Assembly: GCA_002269645.1 (NCBI GenBank)
Contig: NIVC01004654.1
Location: 1 to 39,235, forward strand
Direction: 5' to 3'
DNA length: 39,235 nucleotides
From: Macrostomum lignano
Lineage: Eukaryota
A program made the position numbers and the translations under genes. Positions 11,323 to 21,050 of the stretch are shown piece by piece. The notes beneath the pieces are model-generated. The model did not search any database, was not told the DNA's origin, and worked only from the letters and a program-made list of their open reading frames with translations. Position 1 is the stretch's first letter. Every line of letters begins with the position of its first letter.

Positions 11323-11858
11323 TCCATATACTAAAAATGGTCTGTCGGTATATGTGTGTGTGATCGATTTTAGCAAAAATGGCTCAACCGATTTTGTTCA
11401 AACTTGCACCATTCGATCAGAAATTTTTCCGTGACGGTACATGCATCGTGGCTAAGAAATTGCTCGATGCTAAAGGGATTAAATATTCGAAAAACATGCT
11501 TTTTTGCAAAGGTCAAGCAGCTATTTCGACTTGAAACGCACTGTAAAAATGCTAGAGAAAAAACTGACTGGTTGAATTCTGATTCTGAAATAGATTGCAT
11601 CACAATACACTTTATTTATCGTCTGTGTACTGGCTGAATTTGACACTCAATTGAATTGCGTCACAGCTTTGAGTGTGAAAGTATAGTGCAGTACTGAATT
11701 TATATTACGTAACCATATTGTTAGCTTTCATAGACACTGGTACTGACTTGCCTAAGAAATTGATTATGTCATAACTGCTTCGCGTGACTTTTTACTCTAC
11801 CTGACTTGGTGTGAGTGTTGAATTATATAAGTGGTACAAATTCACTGATAACTTCGAT

Positions 11859-11951
11859 GAGAGCTAGCCTAGAGCTGAGCAGACCAGACTGCTAATGCAG
11901 CGACCTGGGTTCGAATCTAAGTAGTTTAAAAGTAGTAGTGTAAAATTTTTT
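11859..11951 (+). ncRNA. tRNA-derived (Ser-GCT-like) Pol III cassette/SINE-like head inside Helitron unit 1
   Basis: A-box-like TAGCCTAGAG, GACTGCTAAT (11887-11896, like the tRNA-Ser(GCT) anticodon arm), B box GGTTCGAATC (11908-11917), TATATAA about 30 bp upstream and a T6 run at 11946-11951. Stems pair poorly, so not a functional tRNA. Confidence 0.55.
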
Positions 11952-11990
11952 ATTAAAAGCTTTTATTAAAGGACTACATAAAAACACTTA

Positions 11991-13135
11991 GATTACTGCA
12001 CTCGATAAGCTAAGGATTATTGCTCTTGGCAAACCAAGGAATACTGCACTCGATAAGCCAAGGATTATTGCTATTAATAAACCAAGGATTACTGCACTCA
12101 ATAAACCAAGGACTATTGCTATTAATAAACCAAGGATTACTGCACTCAATAAACCAAGGACTATTGCTCTTGGCAAACCAAGGATTACTGCACTCGATAA
12201 GCCAAGGACTATTGCTCTTGGCAAACCAAGGATTACTGCACTCAATAAACCAAGGACTATTGCTCTTGGCAAACCAAGGATTACTGCACTCGATAAGCCA
12301 AGGACTATTGCTCTTGGCAAACCAAGGATTACTGCACTCGATAAGCCATGGATTATTGCTATTAATAAACCAAGGATTACTGCACTCGATAAGCCAAGGA
12401 TTATTGCTATTAATAAACCAAGGATTACTGCACTCGATAAACCAAGGATTATTGCTATTAATAAACCAAGGATTATGCACTTGGCAAACCAAGGATTACT
12501 GCACTCGATAAGCCAAGGACTATTGCTCTTGGCAAACCAAGGATTACTGCACTCGATAAGCCATGGATTATTGCTATTAATAAACCAAGGATTACTGCAC
12601 TCGATAAGCCAAGGATTATTGCTATTAATAAACCAAGGATTACTGCACTCTATAAACCAAGGACTATTGCTCTTGGCAAACCAAGGATTACTGCACTTGA
12701 TTAATCAAGGATTATTGCTATTAATAAACCAAGGATTACTGCACTCGATAAGCCAAGGATTATTGCTATTAATAAACCAAGGATTACTGCACTCGATAAG
12801 CCAAGGATTATTGCTATTAATAAACCAAGGATTACTGCACTCGATAAGCCAAGGATTATTGTTATTAATAAACCAAGGATTACAGCACTCGATAAGCCAA
12901 GGATTATTGCTATTAATAAACCATGAATTACTGCACTCGATAAGCCAAGGATTATTGCTATTAATAAACCAAGGATTACTGCACTCATAAGCCATGGATT
13001 ATTGCTATTAATAAACCAAGGATTACTTACTGCACTTGGCAAACCAAGAATTACTGCACTCGATAAGCCATGGATTATTGCTATTAATAAACCAAGGATT
13101 ACTGCACTCGATAGCCAAGGATTACTGCGCTTGAT
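11991..13135. repeat. Satellite A: 24-bp monomers in a 48-bp higher-order repeat (unit 1)
   Basis: ccaaggattactgcactcgataag alternates with ccaaggattattgctattaataaa or ccaaggactattgctcttggcaaa, each 24 bp. Confidence 0.95.
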
Positions 13136-13170
13136 AAGCTTGGCTACATGTATAGGATTATTTCTATCCA

Positions 13171-13380
13171 GGGATGCTTGCTATTTAGGGATTCTTGCTA
13201 TGTGCAGGATGCTTGCTATCTGGAAGGATGCTTCTACATTATTTGGGGTATGCTTGCTATCTGCAAGATGCTTGCTATCTGCAGATGCTTGCTATCTGGG
13301 TGGATGCTTGCTAGGAGTATTAGGGGATGCTTGCTACTGGGGGGATGCTTGCTGTCTTGGGAATATTTTCTATTTAGGGG
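13171..13380. repeat. Satellite B: ~15-16-bp GATGCTTGCTATCT repeat (unit 1)
   Basis: Repeated gatgcttgctat(c/t)t with variable spacers. Confidence 0.85.
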
Positions 13381-13397
13381 TAATGACTAAAACTCAT

Positions 13398-13457
13398 GAG
13401 AGCTAGCCTAGAAATAAACAAACTAAACTGCTAAATGCAGGGACGATGGTTCGAATT
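13398..13457 (+). ncRNA. Second, more diverged tRNA-like cassette in unit 1
   Basis: gagagctagcctag...actgctaaatgcaggg..ggttcgaattttt; homologous to 11859-11918. Absent from unit 2. Confidence 0.45.
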
Positions 13458-13517
13458 TTTAGAGAGTGGAGTTTTTTTAATTAAAGCTTTTTAACGCCAA
13501 GACAAAAAAAAATTATG

Positions 13518-14870
13518 GAAGCGTCATGTAAACAATCATACAAGCGTCATGTAAACAATCATACAAGCGTCATGCAAACAATCATAGAAGCGTCATGTTA
13601 ACAATCATACAAGCGTCATGTAAACAATCATAGAAGCGTCATGTTAAAATCATAAAAGCGTCATGTAAACAATCATAGAAGCGTCATAAAAAAATCATAA
13701 AAGCGTCATGTAAAAATCATAAAAGCGTCATGTAAACAATCATAAAAGCGTCATGTAAAAAATCATAGAAGCGTCATAAAAAAATCATAGAAGCGTCATG
13801 CAAACAATCATAGAAGCGTCATGTTAAAATCATACAAGCGTCATGTAAACAATCATACAAGCGTCATGTAAACAATCATAGAAGCGTCATGTAAAAAATC
13901 ATAGAAGCGTCATGTTAAAATCATAAAAGCGTCATAAAAAATCATAGAAGCGTCATGTAAACAATCATACAAGCGTCATGTAAACAATCATAGAAGCGTC
14001 ATGTAAACAATCATAGAAGCGTCATGTAAACAATCATAGAAGCGTCATGTAAAAATCATAGAAGCGTCATGTAAACAATCATAAAAGCGTCATGTAAACA
14101 ATCATAGAAGCGTCATGTAAACAATCATAGAAGCGTCATGTAAACAATCATAGAAGCGTCATGTAAACAATCATAAAAGCGTCATGTAAACAATCATAGA
14201 AGCGTCATGTAAACAATCATAGAAGCGTCATGTAAACAATCATAGAAGCGTCATGTAAAAATCATAGAAGCGTCATGTAAAAATCATAGAAGCGTCATGT
14301 AAACAATCATAGAAGCGTCATGTTAAAATCATAGAAGCGTCATGTTAACAATCATACAAGCGTCATGTAAACAATCATAGAAGCGTCATGTAAAAAATCA
14401 TAGAAGCGTCATGTTAAAATCATAAAAGCGTCATAAAAAATCATAGAAGCGTCATGTAAACAATCATAGAAGCGTCATGTAAACAATCATAGAAGCGTCA
14501 TGTAAAAAATCATAGAAGCGTCATGTAAAAATCATAGAAGCGTCATGTAAAAATCATAGAAGCGTCATGTAAAAATCATAGAAGCGTCATGTAAAAAATC
14601 ATAGAAGCGTCATGTAAAAATCATACAAGCGTCATTTAAACAATCATAGAAGCGTCATGTAAACAATCATAAAAGCGTCATGTAAACAAGCATAGAAGCG
14701 TCATGTTAACATAGAAGCGTCATGAAAAAATCATAGAAGCCTCATATAAAAACTAATGAAAGTGTGTCATTTAAAAAATTAAGAAGCATCATGGAAGAAT
14801 AAAAGAAGCGTAACGTAAAAATCAAAAGAAGCGTCATGTCAGACATGAAACAAGTGTCATAAAAATTAAA
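13518..14870. repeat. Satellite C: 22-23-bp AATCATAGAAGCGTCATGTAAAC array (unit 1)
   Basis: More than 50 tandem monomers, homogeneous centrally and degenerate after ~14740. Confidence 0.95.
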
Positions 14871-15687
14871 TGAAGCTATAGTGCTGTGCTGGGGAGAATC
14901 ACTGAGACGTCAAGGCTCACAGAGAATAACTGAGATTACAGGGGGGTTTCTGAGATGTTAAAGCAAAAGTCAGAAGCTACTTCAAAGTACATGTACTTTA
15001 CTTAAGTTTTTTTATTGCATTCTTTGTTGGCTTGCCACGGTGGGGGGGGCGCTGATAGAAGAAGAGTCATGTAAAAATAAAAGGAGCACTATGTATACAT
15101 AAAATAAAAGTCATGTCAAAGTTAAAAGATTCATTTGGGAATTGCTACGATGTCAAAGCTTGGAGGGAATCGTTATAGTGCTGTGATTCTTAAAGAAGGA
15201 ATCACTTAAATGCCAAGGCTTAGGGAAGAAGAATTGCTGTGATTTCAAGGCTTTAGGTTGGGTGAAAGTTAGGTTTACGTCAGGTTTGGGTTGAGGGTTA
15301 GATTTTAGCGCGTTTCAAGGTTAACAGGGGATTTTTTAGATTTCAAGGTTTATGGGGGCATCGCTGACATGTCAAGGCTTACGAGGGGAATCTATCTATC
15401 TATCTATCTATAGCTGAGATGTCAAGGCTCACGGGGAATAAATGAGATGTCAAGGCTAATGTCAGAAGCTACATGTAGTTTATTGGAAAAAAGTTATTAC
15501 AATATTTGTTGGCTCCTCACGGGAGGGATCTCTGATAGAAAAAGCGTAATGTAAAAAAAAAGAAGCTTCATGTCGAAGTTAAGAGATTCATTTGGGAATC
15601 CCTACGATGTCGAGGCTTGCAGGGAATCGCTATAATGCTGTAGTAGTGCTATAGACTCTTAGAGAGAATTACTGAAATTTCAATGCT

Positions 15688-15727
15688 TTAGGGTTAGGGT
15701 TAGGGTTAGGGTTAGGGTTAGGGTTAG
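15688..15727 (+). repeat. Interstitial (TTAGGG)6 tract in Helitron unit 1
   Basis: Six perfect TTAGGG plus TTAG. Confidence 0.9.
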
Positions 15728-16615
15728 AAAGTAGACAGATTTTTTAAGATTTCAAGGCTTATGGGAGCATCGCTGAGATGTCAAGGGGGGAGTTGATATG
15801 TTAAGGCTTGTGGGGGGGGATTGCTGACATGTCAAGGCTTACAAGGGTACTGGTAGCGTACTGAAGCATACTGGTAGAAGTAGCTCTGAAAGAAGGCAAG
15901 TATGGTTGAATTTCAATGTCTGTTATAAAATTCTGCACAAACATGTTTTATTGGTACATAAGCCTGGAATTAAAATGAGAATTCGATTCCTAGCCCCCCT
16001 CCCTAAGAATTTTTTTTCAGTTTTAAGGATTCGTCCCTTGCTTATTGGCCACCCCGAAGGGGGGCGCTAGATTGCTAGTCCATATACTAAAAATGGTCTG
16101 TCGGTATATGTGTGTGTGATCGATTTTAGCAAAAATGGCTCAACCGAATTTGTTCAAACTTGCACCATTCGATCAGAAATTTTTCCGTGACGGTACATGC
16201 ATCGTGGCTAAGAAATTGCTCGATGCTAAAGGGATGAAATATTCGGAAAAACATGCTTTTTTGCAAAGGTCAAGCAGCTCTTTCGACTTGAAATGCATTG
16301 TAAGAATGCTAGCAGAAAAACTGACTGGTTGAATTCTGATTCTGAAATAGATTGCATCACGATACACTTTATTTATCGTCTGTGTACTGGCTGAATTTGA
16401 CACTCAATTGAATTGCATCACAGCTTTGAGTGTGAAAGCATAGTGCAGTACTGAATTTATATTACGTAACCATATTGTTAGCTTTCATAGACACTGGTAC
16501 TGACTTGCCTAAGAAATTGATTATGTCATAACTGCTTCGTGTGACTTTTTACTCTACCTGACTTGGTGTGAGTGTTGAATTATATAAGTGGTACAAATTC
16601 ACTGATAACTTCGAT

Positions 16616-16710
16616 GAGAGCTAGCCTAGAGCTGAACAGACCAGACTGCTAATGCAGCAACCTGGGTTCGAATCTAAGTAGTTTAAAAGTAGTAGTGTAA
16701 ATTTTTTTAT
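16616..16710 (+). ncRNA. tRNA-derived Pol III cassette in Helitron unit 2
   Basis: Near-identical to 11859-11951, including upstream TATATAA, B box GGTTCGAATC and downstream T run. Confidence 0.55.
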
Positions 16711-16748
16711 TAAAAGCTTTTATTAAAGGACTAAATAAAAACACTTAG

Positions 16749-17895
16749 ATTACTGCACTCGATAAGCTAAGGATTATTGCTCTTGGCAAACCAAGGATTA
16801 CTGCACTCGATAAGCTAAGGATTATTGCTCTTGGCAAACCAAGGATTACTGCACTCGATAAGCCATGGATTATTGCTATTAATAAACCAAGGATTACTGC
16901 ACTTGGCAAACCAAGGATTACTGCAATCGATAAGCCAAGGATTATTGCTATTAATAAACCAAGGATTACTTACTGCACTTGGCAAACCAAGAATTACTGC
17001 ACTCGATAAGCCATGGATTATTGCTATTAATAAACCAAGGATTACTGCACTCGATAAGCCATGGATTATTGATATTAATAAACCAAGGATTACTGCACTT
17101 GGCAAACCAAGGATTACTGCAATCGATAAGCCAAGGATTATTGCTATTAATAAACCAAGGATTACTACACTTGGCAAACCAAGGATTACTGCACTCGATA
17201 AGCCATGGATTATTGCTATTAATAAACCAAGGATTACTGCACTCGATAAGCCAAGGATTATTGCTATTAATAAACCAAGGATTACTGCACTCAATAAACC
17301 AAGGACTATTGCTCTTGGCAAACCAAGGATTACTGCACTTGATTAATCAAGGATTATTGCTATTAATAAACCAAGGATTACTGCACTCGATAAGCCAAGG
17401 ATTATTGCTATTAATAAACCAAGGATTACTGCACTCGATAAGCCATGGATTATTGCTATTAATAAACCAAGGATTACTGCACTTGGCAAACCAAGGATTA
17501 CTGCACTCGAAAAGCCATAGATTATTGCTATTAATAAACCAAGGATTACTGCACTCGATAAGCCAAGGATTATTGCTATTAATAAACCAAGGATTACTGT
17601 ACTCGATAAGCCAAGGATTATTGCTATTAATAAACCAAGGATAACTGCACTCGATAAGCCATGGATTATTGCTATTAAAAAACCAAGGATTACTTACTGC
17701 ACTTGGCAAACCAAGAATTACTGCACTCGATAAGCCATGGATTATTGCTATTAATAAACCAAGGATTACTGCACTCGATAAGCCATGGATTATTGCTATT
17801 AATAAACCAAGGATTACTGCACTCGATAAGCCAAGGATTATTGCTATTAATAAACCAAGAATTACTGCACTCGATAGCCAAGGATTACTGCGCTT
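16749..17895. repeat. Satellite A array (unit 2)
   Basis: Same 24-bp monomers as 11991-13135 in a different monomer order. Confidence 0.95.
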
Positions 17896-17932
17896 GATAA
17901 GCTTGGCTACATGTATAGGATTATTTTTATCC

Positions 17933-18240
17933 AGGGATGCTTGCTATTTAGGGATTCTTGCTATGTGCAGGATGCTTGCTATCTGGAAGGATGCTTCTAC
18001 ATTATTTGGGGGATGCTTGCTATCTGGAAGTATGCTTCTACATTATTTGGGGGATGCTTGCTATCTGGAAGTATGCTTCTACATTATTTGGGGTATGCTT
18101 GCTATCTGCAAGATGCTTGCTATCTGCAAGATGCTTGCTATCTGCAGATGCTTGCTATCTGGGTGGATGCTTGCTAGGAGTATTAGGGGATGCTTGCTAC
18201 TGGGGGGATGCTTGCTGTCTTGGGAATATTTTTTATTTAG
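17933..18240. repeat. Satellite B array (unit 2), expanded
   Basis: gatgcttgctatct repeats with extra copies of a ~35-bp block relative to unit 1. Confidence 0.85.
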
Positions 18241-18651
18241 GGGTAATGACTGTGATCTTTGTGAAAGCTATATTTTCTTGTCTGTTTATTAATTTTACCA
18301 ATCTTGTTGGCGAAGCCTTCTGCAAAAACATCTTAGTTCTTATCCTTTTGACTATAGCTTTGAAATGTTCTGTCTTTATTCGATAATTCGTTGGAAATTA
18401 ATAAAGACGATATTGTTCAGTTTAATAGACTAATTTAGTTTAATTTAAAACAAATTTATTGTGTCATAACTGCTTCGTGTTAGTAGTAGTAGTAGCAGCG
18501 ATTGTTTTAATCAACTCGAATGATTGCATTAGGTCCAATTTCATTTCAGTCAGAACTTAGTATGCATGATTCTCTCAGATTCCATTTTGCTAATACGTGT
18601 ATTAGATTTTTCGTTGCAAATTAATAAAGACGATATTAAACAAGAAAAGGT

Positions 18652-19930
18652 CATGTAATATCATAGAAGTGTCATGTAAACAATCATAGAAGCGTCATGT
18701 AAACAATCATAGAAGCGTCATGTAAACAATCATAGAAGCGTCATGTAAAAAATCGAAGAAGCGTCATGTAAAATATCATAGAAGCGTTATGTAAACAATC
18801 ATAGAAGCGTCATGTAAACAATCATAGAAGCGTCATGTAAAAAATCGAAGAAGCGTCATATAAAATATCATAGAAGCGTCATGTAAACAATCATAGAAGC
18901 GTCATGTAAACAATCATAGAAGCGTCATGTAAACAATCATAGAAGCGTCATGTAAATAATCATAGAAGCGTCATGTAAACAATCATCATAGAAGCGTCAT
19001 GTAAACAATCATAGAAGCGTCATGTAAACAATCATAGATGCGTCATTTAAAAAATCATAGAAGCGTCATGTAAAAATTGTAGAAGCGTCATGTAAAAAAT
19101 CATGAAAGTGTCATTTAAAAAATTAAGAAGCATCATGGTAGAATAAAAGAAGCATCATGTCAGACATGAAGGGTGTCATGTAAAAATTAAATGCAGCTAT
19201 AATGCTGTGCTGGGGAGAAAAACTGAGACGTAAAGGCTCTCAGAGAATAACTGAGATTATGCGGGGGGGAGGGTTTCTGAGATGTCAAAGCAAAAGTCAG
19301 AAGCTACTTCAAAGTTCATGTACTTTACTCAATTTTTTTATTGCATTCTTTGTTGGCTCGCCACGGGGGGCGCCGATAGAAGAAGAGTCATGGAAAAAAT
19401 AAAAGTAGCACTACGTATACGTAAAAGAAAAGTCATGTCGAAGTTAAAAGATTCATTTGGGAATTGCTACGATGTCAAAGCTTGGTGGAAAAATGTAAAA
19501 ATCATAGTAGCGTCATGTAAACAATCATAAATGCGTCATGTAAAAAATCATAGAAGCGTCATGTAACAAATCATAGAAGCGTTATGTAAAAAATCATAGA
19601 AGCGTCATGAAAAAAATCATAGAAGCGTCATGTAAAAATCATAGAAGCGTCATGTAAAAATCATAGAAGCGTCATGAAAAAAATCATAGAAGCGTCATGT
19701 AAAAATCATAGAAGCGTCATGCAAAAAATCATAGAAGCGTCATGTAAAATATCATAGAAGGGTCATGTAAACAATCATAGAAGCGTCATGTAAAATATCA
19801 TAGAAGCGTCATGTAAACAATCATAGAAGCGTCATGTAAACAATCATAGAAGCGTCATGTAAAATATCATAGAAGGGTCATGTAAACAATCATAGAAGCG
19901 TCATGTAAACAATCATAGAAGCGCCATGTC
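18652..19930. repeat. Satellite C arrays (unit 2): two blocks, ~18652-19110 and ~19493-19930
   Basis: aatcatagaagcgtcatgtaaa(c/a) arrays separated by a duplicated copy of the post-satellite segment. Confidence 0.9.
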
Positions 19931-20781
19931 AGACATGAAAGAAGTGTCATTTAAAAATTTAATGAAGCTATTGTGCTGTGCTGGGGAGAATTACTGAGAT
20001 GTCAAGGTTCACGGAGAATAACTGAGATTACGGGGGGGGGTTTCTGAGATGTCAAAGCAAAAGTCAGAAGCTACTTCAAAGTACATGTAGTTTACTCAAT
20101 TTTTAATTACATTCTTTGTTGGCTTGCCACGGGGGGGGCGCTGATAGAAGAAGACTCATGCAAAAAACAAAAGAAGCACTATGTATACATAAAAGAAGAG
20201 TCATGTTGAAGTTAAAAGATTCATTTAGGAATTGCTACGATGTCAAGGCTTGGAGGGAATCGCTATAGTGCTGTGATTCTTGAAGCAAGAATCACTAAAT
20301 TGTCAAGGCTTAGGGGAGAAGAATTTCTGAGATTTCAAGGCTTTAGGTTGGGTTAAAGTTAGGTTTAGGTCAGGTTTGGGTTGAGGGTTAGATTTTACAG
20401 GGGATTCTACGGGTTTTACGGGTTTCAAGGTTAACAGGGGATTTTTCAGATATCAAGGTTTATGGGGGGGGGCATCGCTGACATGTCAAGGCTTACGGGG
20501 GGAATAGCTGAGATGTCAAGGCTCACGGGGGAATAAATGAGATGTCAAGGCTAAAATCAGAAGCTACATGTAGTTTATTGAAAACTTTTTTTCATTATTT
20601 GTTGGCTTCTCACGGGAGGGATCGCTGGTAGAAAAAGCGTAATGTAAAAAATAAAAGAAGCTTCATGTCGAAGTTTAGAGATTCATTTGGATGTGGAGGC
20701 TTGCGGGGAATCGCTATCGCTATTCTCTCCAAGACGAGTGCTATAATGACTCTTAGAGAGAATTACTGAAATGTCAATGTT

Positions 20782-20836
20782 TTAGGGTTAGGTTAGGTTA
20801 GGGTTAGGGTTAGGGTTAGGCTAGGGTTAGGGTTAG
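20782..20836 (+). repeat. Interstitial TTAGGG/TTAGG tract in Helitron unit 2
   Basis: ttagggttaggttaggttagggttagggttagggttaggctagggttagggttag. Confidence 0.88.
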
Positions 20837-21050
20837 AAAGTTGACAGATTTTTTTAGATTTCATGGCTTATGGGGAGCATCGCTGAGATGTCAAGGGGGG
20901 AAGTTGATATGTTAAAGCTTGTGGGGGGGATTACTGACATGTCAAGGAAGTTTGACAGGAGATTTTTTAAGATTTCAAGGCTACATGTAGCTTATTAAAA
21001 AACGTTTATTTCATTTCTTTAGCTCCCCAACGGGGGGCGTAGATTGCTAG

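Larger units (their letters stand above)
11323..16078 (+). mobile_element. Non-autonomous Helitron, unit 1 (4756 bp)
   Basis: Starts TC after a host A (caa|TCCATATACT). 5' region has gtgtgtgt...GGCTCAACCGATTTTGTTCAAACTT, typical of non-autonomous Helitrons. Ends with hairpin cacccc-gaa-gggggg ~11 bp before CTAG. No Rep/helicase ORF. Confidence 0.88.
16079..21050 (+). mobile_element. Non-autonomous Helitron, unit 2 (4972 bp), head-to-tail with unit 1
   Basis: Junction CTAG|TCCATATACT at 16078/16079. First ~670 bp nearly identical to unit 1. Ends ctcccc-aac-gggggg-cgtagattgCTAG followed by host T (21051). No TSD. Confidence 0.88.

Noticed and set aside
11859-11925. Functional tRNA-Ser(GCT) gene
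   Set aside because: Anticodon and acceptor stems do not pair and the long variable arm is missing; kept only as tRNA-derived.
11988-13406. Long Leu/Ile/Gln/Asn-rich ORFs on both strands (also 16815-18386)
   Set aside because: They arise because the 24-bp satellite monomer is a multiple of three and lacks stops in some frames; no start context or domain.
13518-14870. CRISPR-like regular repeat array
   Set aside because: Monomers are contiguous with no unique spacers, there are no cas genes, and the context is eukaryotic. The same applies to satellite A.
15688-15727. True chromosome end
   Set aside because: Only six units, internal to a repeated mobile unit and flanked by long sequence on both sides.
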